64,000 nucleotides of DNA. It comes from Candidatus Bathyarchaeia archaeon. Its GTDB lineage: Archaea; Thermoproteota; Bathyarchaeia; Bathyarchaeales; Bathycorpusculaceae. The stretch is from assembly GCA_038883795.1 (NCBI GenBank), contig JAVZLK010000001.1:96001-160000 (forward strand), given 5' to 3'. Below are positions 48,583-57,327 of this stretch, piece by piece. Both the position numbers and the translations under genes were made by a program. A model generated the notes under the pieces. The model did not search any database, was not told the origin of the DNA, and saw only the letters and a program-made list of their open reading frames with translations. Numbering within the stretch: position 1 is the first letter of the stretch; every line of letters starts with the position of its first letter.

Positions 48583-49755
48583 ATGTACTTAACAAAGGAA
48601 GAAGAACGCATCTACGATGGCGAGTTTGGCTGGGCAAACCAAGTATGCATGAAAATCCTCGTCCGTTTGGGCGAACTTTTCAATGCTAAAAAACTCATTC
48701 CAATAAGCTCCGCCCACGTTTCAGGAGTTTCCTATAAAACCTTAGGAGACGCACCCACAGAATTCCTAGAAGCCTTGGCAAAGGCAGGTGCGAAAGTAAA
48801 AGTAAAATCAACACTAAACCCCCAAAGCCTCGACTGTAATCTCCTCTGCAAAAGGCTTCCATTTGACTTGCATGAAAAGCAAAGGAATGTTCTGAATTAC
48901 TTTGAGAAAATGGAGTTTACGCCCTCACTAACATGCACGCCATACTATTTAGAAGAAACCAAAAAGGGCTCTCATTTGGCATGGGCTGAATCTTCAGCAG
49001 TAGTTTATGCAAATTCGGTCCTTGGAGCGTGGACAAATCGGGAAGGAGGACCCAGCGCCCTTGCAGCGGCAATAATAGGGAAAACACCAGATTATGGCAT
49101 GCATCAAGCTGAAAATCGCCAACCGAAGGTTTTAGTGAAATTAGAAAAACCGTTAATAAATGAGGTTGAGTTTGGTGCTTTAGGGATTTTTTTAGGCGAA
49201 ATTTTGAAAGACGAAATCCCAATAATCCAAGGTTTAGAAAAAGCTTCAAAGGATAACCTAAAACAGTTGGGAGCAGCTCTTGCAACTACTGGAATGGCAA
49301 ACATGTTCTACCACAAGCCCCTACGCATAAAAACCGAAAAAATTGAAAAAGTAAGTGTGCAAACTGAAGATTTAAAAAGAACAATTGAAGAACTGACTAC
49401 AACAACGCAAAAACCAGACCTAATTTTTGTAGGATGCCCCCACTGTTCCCTAGATGAAATTATGCAAATTGCAGAGTTAATAGGTAATAGAAAAATTAAA
49501 AGTGAAATAGAATTTTGGGTTTGCGCATCCCGCTATATCAAAGAAAAAGCCGGAAAATATGTGGAGAAAATAGAAAAAAGTGGATCCTACGTGCTCACTG
49601 ATACATGTGCTGTTGTCACTTGGACAGAAAAGCTTGGAATAAAAACAATAATGACAAACTCCGCAAAAACAGCCCATTATGCTCCTACGCTAAACAAAGC
49701 ACAAACGATACTTGCACCCTTAAAAGAGTGCATAAAAAAGGCTTGCGAAGGATAA
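48583..49755 (+). CDS. Aconitase X catalytic subunit (phosphomevalonate dehydratase large subunit)
   Basis: MYLTKEEE, HVSGVSY, TCTPY, WAESSAVVYANS, GCPHCS, DTC and TNSAK. Confidence 0.87.
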   Translation: MYLTKEEERIYDGEFGWANQVCMKILVRLGELFNAKKLIPISSAHVSGVSYKTLGDAPTEFLEALAKAGAKVKVKSTLNPQSLDCNLLCKRLPFDLHEKQRNVLNYFEKMEFTPSLTCTPYYLEETKKGSHLAWAESSAVVYANSVLGAWTNREGGPSALAAAIIGKTPDYGMHQAENRQPKVLVKLEKPLINEVEFGALGIFLGEILKDEIPIIQGLEKASKDNLKQLGAALATTGMANMFYHKPLRIKTEKIEKVSVQTEDLKRTIEELTTTTQKPDLIFVGCPHCSLDEIMQIAELIGNRKIKSEIEFWVCASRYIKEKAGKYVEKIEKSGSYVLTDTCAVVTWTEKLGIKTIMTNSAKTAHYAPTLNKAQTILAPLKECIKKACEG

Positions 49756-49800
49756 GGTTTATTCGAGGGAAAAAGCATCTTGCATGATGCCACAAAAAGC

Positions 49801-49875
49801 GCTCCGGTAGTATAGCCCGGTCAAGTATTCCGGCCTTTCGAGCCGGAGACGCGGGTCCGAATCCCGCCCGGAGCA
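49801..49875 (+). tRNA. tRNA-Glu(TTC), CCA not encoded
   Basis: Acceptor GCTCCGG/CCGGAGC-A; anticodon arm CCGGC-CT-TTC-GA-GCCGG; T arm GCGGG-TCCGAAT-CCCGC. Confidence 0.92.
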
Positions 49876-49885
49876 TTAAATTTTA
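49862..49885 (+). repeat. attL-like direct repeat (tRNA-Glu 3' end)
   Basis: TCCCGCCCGGAGCATTAAATTTTA, 23/24 identical to 52183-52206. Confidence 0.85.
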
Positions 49886-50016
49886 AGCTCATTTTGGGCT
49901 TATTTTTAACTAAAAAGGCTGATTTGAGTTAATTGAAGTTAATTTGGAAGCAAGCTAAAAATAGAACACAAAATTACTGGCAAAAACACCACTGCGATTT
50001 TAAGCTTAATATTAGT

Positions 50017-50268
50017 TTAGTAGACACGTTTACGATGACCTACAACTAACAAGAATACTTGGTTTTTCTTAATCTGATAGAGAACTCTGTAATCGCCTAT
50101 TCTTAAGGAGTAAACACCTTTCCATTCACCGCGTAAAGGCTTTCCTAGGTAAGGGTTAGTCTTTAGCATGTTGATTTCTCGAATTATCCGTACCTGAATT
50201 TCTCTGTTTAAAGCTTTGATGTTCTTTAAAAAGCGCGGCGTAAACCGAATTTCAAATTTCGCTTTCAA
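50017..50268 (-). CDS. RelE/ParE-family type II toxin
   Basis: FEIRFTPRFLKNIKAL...NPYLGKPLRGEWKGVYSLRIGDYRVLY...VGHRKRVY. Confidence 0.9.
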   Translation of the reverse strand: MKAKFEIRFTPRFLKNIKALNREIQVRIIREINMLKTNPYLGKPLRGEWKGVYSLRIGDYRVLYQIKKNQVFLLVVGHRKRVY

Positions 50269-50452
50269 GGTTTAACTCTCTTATAAGCTCATTCAATGGT
50301 CTAGTCTTGCCCTCTTCAACCTCGCGTAATGCAATCTTCAAATCTCTAACAAGCTTCTTATCCTGCATAACCTCAAGAGTTTCCAATAATTCATCTATTA
50401 AAATTGCGGCTTTTGTAAGTAACTCTTTCTCTTCCGCTGTCAAGATAGGCAT
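50252..50452 (-). CDS. Cognate antitoxin (RelB/Phd C-terminal-like)
   Basis: Small gene upstream of and overlapping the toxin; ELLETLEVMQDKKLVRDLKIALREVEEGKT. Confidence 0.8.
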   Translation of the reverse strand: MPILTAEEKELLTKAAILIDELLETLEVMQDKKLVRDLKIALREVEEGKTRPLNELIRELNLESEI

Positions 50453-50631
50453 TTACCTTTCACAACCTCTCATAATGTAAGATCTCTACGGGCATCTTAA
50501 CTTTTACGCTCAAAACAGACACAAAAAGACGATAAACAGAATTTGGTTCATCTTGAAATTTGAACAAGTCTTTCTATGAAATCTTCAAATATACAAGAGA
50601 AATTAATTTTTCATGGTGGAGGTGAATAGCA

Positions 50632-52140
50632 CTGTCGTCGGATTTACTTTCTAAGTATTTAATAGAGGCAGAAGAACATATTAAGAATGCGAAGGAACAA
50701 AGTCGAAGCGCCGGCGATGCAGAACAAACAGGTAAAATTGAGGATGCTGCTAAGTTTTATTACTCGGCTGGAAGAGAGTATTTTCTAGCCGCTGTTAAGT
50801 TCAAAATGATTTTAATGTTTTTAAAATACTTATCAGAACCCTCGCTTACAGATGACAAATCGCCTAAGTTAAGGTTAATTGATGCGCTCGAAGGCAGTTG
50901 TAGTTGTTACGAAAAAGCGGCTCAACTTTTCAAAAATGTTGATAACCGATTTATTGAATCGGAGGCTTATGGGAAGGCTGCATTAAATTACATTGAACTT
51001 GCCGAATTAAAGAATGAGAAAGCATTAAAAAGAGAGATTAAAGAAGACAAACTTTCAACATGTGTCGGAGAAATCCAACTCTTCACATATGCTAGAGATA
51101 CACCTCTTGGTAAAGCCATTACTGCTTATCATAATGCCGCATTAGCGCTATATGACCTTGGAATGAAGTATAGAAACTCTGGTGAAATCGATAAGGCATA
51201 CGTGATCATTGGTGAAATGGGTGATGCCTATCTAAGTATAGGGTTACTATACGAAAACGAGGAGCTTGAATCGGCTGTTGAAAATTTCTTTTACGCTGCA
51301 GAAGCATATAAGGAGAGTGGGTTGCTTTCACGAAAAGTGGGAATACCAACAATAGTTCACCATGCACGACTTGAGTGGAGATATGCAACAAGGAATGCCA
51401 AAGAATTTTTCAAAGATGAGAGAGGCTACTACACCCTCGATGATGTAAGGAGAGCCGTCAAAACCTACGAGAAAACGAGAGAATTAGCCGCGAAAATGAA
51501 TAACAAAGAAATTGTGTATAAATGCTCAAAAGCTATAATGCTTCTCTCAGCGGATGTTAAAGAGCCAAGAGATTCGATAAAAAGTTGTCAAGAAATTTGT
51601 GAAGCGCTATCAGAATTTGTGATTCTGCCTATAGACTTGAGCAATAAGCAACTTGAGGCTGCTGATAAGGAAGTTATCCGTTCAAGTCTGAGGAAGTATT
51701 CTGATGACCCTAAACAAGGCGCATACCAACTTATCAGCTACTTAGAAACGAGGCTTAGGTCGTACATTAAAGAAAAACTTAGTTCAACCAATCCGGCAAA
51801 TTGGTTTAAAGAGTTAGTTATTCCTGCTATGAACCCGGACGATTTAAGGATCATCGGTTTAAACTACAATCGAGAAACTGGTAAAAATCCAGATGACCTG
51901 CTGAATGAAGAAAACCCACTTAATTTTGCAAACATCAATCATTTGCAGAAAATCATTTCCAATAATAGACTTTGGGAGAGTTATTTTAAAAACGACTTTA
52001 TAAATTTGGAGGAATTCAACGCTAACATGTCGATTATTGTTAGAATAAGGCATCCAACAATGCATACAAGAGAGACGAACATTTTCGAAGCTGCAGTAAC
52101 TCCAGCGATATGGATTCTGGAAAGACTCAGAATTAGCTAA
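50632..52140 (+). CDS. SNAP/TPR-like helical-repeat protein with C-terminal Swt1-like HEPN domain; probable CTG start at 50632 (first ATG 50806)
   Basis: Repeated A..Y..AA..Y helices; C-terminal AYQLISYLETRLRSYI...NW...PLNFANINHLQKII...W...F...IRHPTMH with RxxxxH at 52048-52065. Confidence 0.72.
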   Translation: MSSDLLSKYLIEAEEHIKNAKEQSRSAGDAEQTGKIEDAAKFYYSAGREYFLAAVKFKMILMFLKYLSEPSLTDDKSPKLRLIDALEGSCSCYEKAAQLFKNVDNRFIESEAYGKAALNYIELAELKNEKALKREIKEDKLSTCVGEIQLFTYARDTPLGKAITAYHNAALALYDLGMKYRNSGEIDKAYVIIGEMGDAYLSIGLLYENEELESAVENFFYAAEAYKESGLLSRKVGIPTIVHHARLEWRYATRNAKEFFKDERGYYTLDDVRRAVKTYEKTRELAAKMNNKEIVYKCSKAIMLLSADVKEPRDSIKSCQEICEALSEFVILPIDLSNKQLEAADKEVIRSSLRKYSDDPKQGAYQLISYLETRLRSYIKEKLSSTNPANWFKELVIPAMNPDDLRIIGLNYNRETGKNPDDLLNEENPLNFANINHLQKIISNNRLWESYFKNDFINLEEFNANMSIIVRIRHPTMHTRETNIFEAAVTPAIWILERLRIS

Positions 52141-52182
52141 CAGTGTAACGTCGACTAATTTACTGGTAAATTTGTGCGCCGT

Positions 52183-52206
52183 TCCCGCCCGGAGCATTTA
52201 ATTTTA
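52183..52206 (+). repeat. attR-like direct repeat
   Basis: TCCCGCCCGGAGCATTTAATTTTA; its last 3 nt are the thrC stop codon on the minus strand. Confidence 0.85.
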
Positions 52207-53409
52207 TGGTAACATATCTGCATTTTTTGCCAGTACGGGTATTTCGTTCTTTTTTATATACATAAAATCAAGATATTTCATAGCATTACCGGTTAAATAG
52301 AGAAGTACGTTTTCATCCTTCTCAATAGTTCCGTCATTTTCGAGTTTGTTTAATGCCGTTAGGGTTGCGGAGGCTTCTGGACATGCATACACGCCGTTTT
52401 TGAGAAGGGTCTTCATTGAAGCGATTATTTCTGTGTCATCTACTGCTACTGCCGTGCCCTTCGTTTCTCTTATTGCTCGTAAGACGAGATAGCTTGCGTA
52501 GGGACGGGGAACTCTCAAACCTGCCGCTATGGTTTCAGCGTTTTCCCAAGCCTCTTTTACTTCCGCATCTCCGTTTTTATATGCCTTGACTAAGGGGGCG
52601 CAGCCAGTAGACTGAACAATAATCAGCCTTGGAATTTTTTCTGTCCAGCCGAGTTGTATTAAATCTTTGAAGCCTTTCCAAAGTCCTATTATTCCTTCGC
52701 CTCCGCCTGTTGGGAAGATTATGTTATCTGGTAAATCCCAATTGAATTGTTCTGCAATTTCAAATGCCATGGCTTTGTAGCCTTCATATCTGTAGGGTTG
52801 CTTGTTGGTGGAAACATCTAACCATCCATAATCTTTTCCAAACTTTTTCACCATGTCTGCGGCGTCATTTATCAAACCATCAACAAGATACACTTTGGCG
52901 CCCATAGAAACGCATTCTTTAATGTTGCATTCTGGCGCATCCTTTGGCATGAAAACATAAACTTCCATTCTAGCCTTCGCTCCATAAGCAGCTAAAGCTG
53001 CTGCAGCGTTTCCAGCAGAAGGCAAAGCAACCCGCTTAACTTTTAACTCTTTAAGCCTAGAAACAGCCACAGCCATCCCTCGAGCTTTAAAGGTTCCTGT
53101 GGGAAGCCTCCCGTCGTCCTTCAAAAAGACTTTTGAAACTGCTTTGCTGCCCCTATGAAATCTTAGTATGGGCGTGTAGGGTTCTCCTAAAGAAACTATG
53201 CTGTTAGGCGATGATAAGGGAAGAAGTTCTTTGAACTTCCAAAAGGTATCTTCCCTAAACTCTAAATCACTTTTGGAAACCTTTTCGGAAACTCTTGCTA
53301 AATCATATTGAAATAGAAGGGCTCCACCACATTTTGGGCATACAGTTAAAACATTGTCTGAGGGGTAAACTTCTCCGCATCTGCTGCATTCAGCCCCGAC
53401 TGTGAACAT
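52204..53409 (-). CDS. thrC: Threonine synthase (PLP, N-terminal zinc ribbon)
   Basis: CSRCG...CPKCGG, LPTGTFKARG, SAGNAAAA, EGYKAMAFEIAEQ and PTGGG. Confidence 0.85.
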   Translation of the reverse strand: MFTVGAECSRCGEVYPSDNVLTVCPKCGGALLFQYDLARVSEKVSKSDLEFREDTFWKFKELLPLSSPNSIVSLGEPYTPILRFHRGSKAVSKVFLKDDGRLPTGTFKARGMAVAVSRLKELKVKRVALPSAGNAAAALAAYGAKARMEVYVFMPKDAPECNIKECVSMGAKVYLVDGLINDAADMVKKFGKDYGWLDVSTNKQPYRYEGYKAMAFEIAEQFNWDLPDNIIFPTGGGEGIIGLWKGFKDLIQLGWTEKIPRLIIVQSTGCAPLVKAYKNGDAEVKEAWENAETIAAGLRVPRPYASYLVLRAIRETKGTAVAVDDTEIIASMKTLLKNGVYACPEASATLTALNKLENDGTIEKDENVLLYLTGNAMKYLDFMYIKKNEIPVLAKNADMLP

Positions 53410-53548
53410 ATAGTTTCCCGAATAATTGTAAGAGAGAAATCCTTTAAGTTTATTGTGAAAACTTCAACCATAAGCATATTTTACATAAAACTCATATAGA
53501 AGGATGCTTCTATCCGATAATCTTCAAACTTTAAAAGGAGATGAAGAA

Positions 53549-55084
53549 ATGACTGAAAAAGCACCATCAAGTTATAAGAGGTTGATGGAAAAAGTTAGGG
53601 ATTTACTAACTCTTCAGTCTGCCATTTCCATCATCCACTGGGACATGGAAACAATGATGCCACCGAAAGCAATTACGCTACGAAGCCAACAATTAGCCCT
53701 CCTTAGCCGAATCGAACATAGAATGAGCACAGATCCTGAAGTAGGCAAGCTGTTGGAGGAGGTTATGCGCCCTTCGGAATACGAGAAGCTCGACGTAATT
53801 CAAAAAAGAAACGTGTATTTGATAAAGAAGCAGTATGATGAAAAGACAAAGATTCCAGAAGAACTTGTTGCAGAAATAGCAAAACAACAAGCTATAACCG
53901 TGGATGTCTGGAAAAAAGCCAAAGCAGCCAGAAACTTCGCTATGTTCAAGCCTGAACTTGAAAAACTTGTCGAATTAGAGAAGAAGGCTGCAGAAATTTT
54001 GATGAAAGTAAAAGAAACCGCCACGCCCTACGATGCATTAATAGATATTTTTGAACCAAAAATGACGGCAAAAACAATAACAAAAGTTTTTAATGAACTA
54101 AGAGAAGGTTTGGTTTCCCTACTGAAAAAATGTGAAGCTGCTCCAAAACAACCAGACGTAAGCATTCTCAAACGCAAAGTTCCAATAGATGTGCAGAGAA
54201 AAATTGCTAAAGCGCTTGCCGAAGTTGTCGGTTATGATATAGAGTCAAAAGAAGCCGGAGGCAGACTTGACGAAACAGAACATCCTTTCACAACAGGTTA
54301 TTATGATGATGTGCGGATAACCACGCATTATTATGAAGACAACTTCACATCTTCAATATTTTCAGTGTTACATGAAGCAGGACACGCTCTCTACGAGCAA
54401 AACTTGAAAAAAGAATGGATGTTTCAGCCTGTAGGAACAAGCTGCTCTTCAGGCTTCCACGAATCCCAATCTCGGTTTATAGAAAACATAATCGGAAGGT
54501 CCCGTGAATTTTGGATTTATTTCCTGCCAAAAATGAAGGAAATTGCGGGCAACATCCTTTCTGATGTGAATTTGGAAACTTTTGTCCACGCTATTAATCA
54601 AGTTACGCCTTCAAAAATCCGCGTTGAAGCCGATGAAGTAACCTATGGACTTCACATAATAATAAGGTTCAATATGGAAAGAGACCTTTTCGCCGACAAA
54701 ATAACTGTGAAAGAACTTCCAGAAATATGGAACCAACATTACAAGGAATATTTAGGAGTCAAAATTGAAAATGATTCTGAAGGTGTAATGCAGGACACCC
54801 ACTGGGCCAGCGGATTGTATGGATACTTCCCAAGTTATGCCTTAGGCAATATTTATAGCGGCCAAATCCTCGCAGTCATGGAAAAAGACCTTAAAAACTG
54901 GAAGGAACAAATTGCAAAGGGAAACATAAATGACGTGAAGGAATGGCTAGTCAAAAACATTCACTCCTATGGAAACCTCTATGATCCGGAAGAGCTTATA
55001 AGAAAAATCACTGGAAAAGGCTTGACTGTTAAACCATACTTAAACTATCTGAACGAAAAATACTCTGAACTTTATGGCTTTTAA
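53549..55084 (+). CDS. Carboxypeptidase Taq (peptidase M32); start taken at MTEKAPS
   Basis: WDMETMMP, HPF, DVRITT, LHEAGHALYEQ, HESQS, IRVEADE, QDTHW and GYFPSYALG. Confidence 0.93.
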   Translation: MTEKAPSSYKRLMEKVRDLLTLQSAISIIHWDMETMMPPKAITLRSQQLALLSRIEHRMSTDPEVGKLLEEVMRPSEYEKLDVIQKRNVYLIKKQYDEKTKIPEELVAEIAKQQAITVDVWKKAKAARNFAMFKPELEKLVELEKKAAEILMKVKETATPYDALIDIFEPKMTAKTITKVFNELREGLVSLLKKCEAAPKQPDVSILKRKVPIDVQRKIAKALAEVVGYDIESKEAGGRLDETEHPFTTGYYDDVRITTHYYEDNFTSSIFSVLHEAGHALYEQNLKKEWMFQPVGTSCSSGFHESQSRFIENIIGRSREFWIYFLPKMKEIAGNILSDVNLETFVHAINQVTPSKIRVEADEVTYGLHIIIRFNMERDLFADKITVKELPEIWNQHYKEYLGVKIENDSEGVMQDTHWASGLYGYFPSYALGNIYSGQILAVMEKDLKNWKEQIAKGNINDVKEWLVKNIHSYGNLYDPEELIRKITGKGLTVKPYLNYLNEKYSELYGF

Positions 55085-55146
55085 CGCCTCCTTCTTTCAC
55101 TGCACATTATACAGTTTTATACATTCTCAAATGAGGGAGGCCAGAT

Positions 55147-55270
55147 CCGACACCAGCCGACACCAAAAAATCCAACAAAATGCAGCGAAATGTCTATTTA
55201 TATTTGTTATACCGACAGTTTTATATACAACTTTGAAATTTAACATCTATTGGTGGACTTAAAGTGTCGG
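55147..55270 (+). promoter_or_regulatory. fae-hps promoter with repeated CCGACA/TGTCGG boxes
   Basis: CCGACA at 55147, 55157 and 55212; CCAACA at 55172; TGTCGG at 55265; TATA TTTTATATA at 55219-55227; GGTGG RBS at 55252. Confidence 0.5.
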
Positions 55271-56721
55271 AATACAATTTCAAAAAGCCAGAATCAAGGG
55301 AGGAACTTATCAGAGTATTGACGGATGCTGCCAGAAGAGAAATGCAGGAACGAATTCGCGCCAAGGAAAAACCGACAAAACCTACAGTTTCAGGAACAGC
55401 GAAAATTTTGAATATTCATAGGGATACGCTTTATACTTGGCTTAAGGAGTTTAATGTCGATTTTGATGATATTTGTAAACAAGTTTCTACGAAAGTTTTG
55501 TCGGAAACTGTGGAAGCGCCTGGAAAATATACCTATTTAATCGGCGAAGCCCTTGTCGGAGAGGGTAATGAGGTTGCGCATATTGATCTTTTGATAGGGG
55601 ATAAGGATGGGCCTGTTGGAGAGGCTTTTGCTCAAGGGCTTTCTAATCTTTCTATGGGGCACACGCCATTATTAGCGGTTATAAGGCCTAATCTTCCACC
55701 TAAACCTCATACTTTGCTTGTGCCAAAGGTTACTGTGAATAAGTTTGAAGATGCAAACAAGATTTTTGGTCCGGCGCAGGCTGCTGTGGCGAAGGCTGTT
55801 GCGGATGCTGTTGAGGAGGGGATTATTCCTAAAGAGAAGGTGGATGATTGGGTTATAATTTGCAGCGTTTTCATGCACCCCCAAGCTAGCGATTATCGGA
55901 AAATATACCACTATAACTATGGAGCAACCAAGCTGGCTTTAAAGAGAGCATTGGCAAAGTATCCTTCATTGGAGAAGGTTTTCTATGATAAGGATAGAGC
56001 TAAACATCCAATAATGGGATTCAGAGTGCCACGCCTTTGGAGACCACCATATCTGCAAATATCTTTGGACATACCAGACTTGGATAGAACTAGAAAGATT
56101 ATAGCTCAGATTCCTCGCAGCGACAGAATAATATTGGAGGCCGGAACGCCGCTAATTAAGCGCTATGGAACAAGGGTGATAAGCGACCTTCGAGATGTTG
56201 CCAAAGATGTTTTCTTCATTGCAGATTTGAAAACTTTAGATGTTGGAAAGGTTGAAGTTGACTTGGCTTATGATGAAACCGCAGACGCCGTTATCGCTGC
56301 AGGATTAGCCCCGGAAGAAACCCTTAACGCCTTCATTCACGAAGCAAAAAGACTTGGAATATATGCAGTGGTGGACATGCTAAACGTAGAAGATCCTATC
56401 AAAAAGTTGAAGACGCTTAGAGAATTTCCCGACGTAGTAATCATCCATAGAGGAATCGACGAAGAAAGCGGAAGGACAATAGGATTGGAGCTAATACCAG
56501 AACTGCGGAAAACCTTCAGCGACAAGCGCTTTTTGATTGCCGTGGCAGGCGGCATAGTGCCAGAAACTGCTAAAGAGGCTTTAGAAAAAGGCGCCGACAT
56601 AATCGTTGTTGGGAGGTATGTGACGCAGTCAAAGGACATTGAAAGGGCTGTGAGGGAGTTCCTTGAGCTTACGCCTTCCATGAGAGAAGACATAGACTTG
56701 TTCAGAGTTCACGTAGAATAG
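55264..56721 (+). CDS. fae-hps: Bifunctional formaldehyde-activating enzyme / 3-hexulose-6-phosphate synthase with N-terminal Fis-like HTH
   Basis: Fae: [44 protein letters not shown]. Hps: [26 protein letters not shown] at aa 41-65. Confidence 0.9.
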   Translation: MSEYNFKKPESREELIRVLTDAARREMQERIRAKEKPTKPTVSGTAKILNIHRDTLYTWLKEFNVDFDDICKQVSTKVLSETVEAPGKYTYLIGEALVGEGNEVAHIDLLIGDKDGPVGEAFAQGLSNLSMGHTPLLAVIRPNLPPKPHTLLVPKVTVNKFEDANKIFGPAQAAVAKAVADAVEEGIIPKEKVDDWVIICSVFMHPQASDYRKIYHYNYGATKLALKRALAKYPSLEKVFYDKDRAKHPIMGFRVPRLWRPPYLQISLDIPDLDRTRKIIAQIPRSDRIILEAGTPLIKRYGTRVISDLRDVAKDVFFIADLKTLDVGKVEVDLAYDETADAVIAAGLAPEETLNAFIHEAKRLGIYAVVDMLNVEDPIKKLKTLREFPDVVIIHRGIDEESGRTIGLELIPELRKTFSDKRFLIAVAGGIVPETAKEALEKGADIIVVGRYVTQSKDIERAVREFLELTPSMREDIDLFRVHVE

Positions 56722-56831
56722 TCTTTGCTAACCCACTTTTAAAATAATTGTTTCTGGCAAATTTCTCCATTTTTCGTAAATCCTTAATAGAGAGAATTTC
56801 AACTTTCATAACACTACGGGGAAAAACTTTC

Positions 56832-57272
56832 ATGCCAAAGTTCAAAGTGATCATATCAGACCCAGAAACAGGAACATCAAAGGCAATAGAGCTCGAGGAG
56901 GCTCGGGCACTTCCGTTGATTGGAAAGAAAATAGGCGACATAGTGGACGGGTCAGTAGTGGATTTGCCTGGTCATAAAATACAGATTATGGGTGGCTCCG
57001 ACAAGGATGGTTTTCCAATGAGACCGAACGTTCATGGTGGAGTCCGCAGAAAAGTGATTCTAAGCGGAGGGGTAGGATTTAATCCAAAGAGTGAAGGGGC
57101 TAGGAGACGTAAAACAGTTCGTGGAAACGTGATAACTGATGAAATTGTTCAAGTAAACATGAAAATTGTTGAGAAGCCAAAGAAGCCAAAGGAGAAAAAG
57201 AAAACAAAAGAAGAGAAGGAAAAAGAAGCTGAAGAGGCATCAGAAACATCCACAAGCGAACAAGAAGCCTAG
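56832..57272 (+). CDS. rps6e: Ribosomal protein S6e; start ATG 56832
   Basis: FKVIISDP, GGSDKDGFPMR and GARRRKTVRGN. Confidence 0.95.
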   Translation: MPKFKVIISDPETGTSKAIELEEARALPLIGKKIGDIVDGSVVDLPGHKIQIMGGSDKDGFPMRPNVHGGVRRKVILSGGVGFNPKSEGARRRKTVRGNVITDEIVQVNMKIVEKPKKPKEKKKTKEEKEKEAEEASETSTSEQEA

Positions 57273-57327
57273 AGTCAACATTTATTAGCTTGCACAAGTT
57301 TAACCATTCTAATAATTTGCAAGGTTT

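Larger units (their letters stand above)
49862..52206. mobile_element. tRNA-Glu-integrated genomic islet (~2.3 kb, no integrase)
   Basis: Bounded by the tRNA 3'-end direct repeat; cargo is a TA pair and a HEPN protein. Confidence 0.75.

Noticed and set aside
55147-55165. CCGACACCA duplicate as a CRISPR or C/D-box sRNA remnant
   Set aside because: Units are too short, with no spacers and no convincing RUGAUGA/CUGA boxes; treated as candidate operator sites instead.
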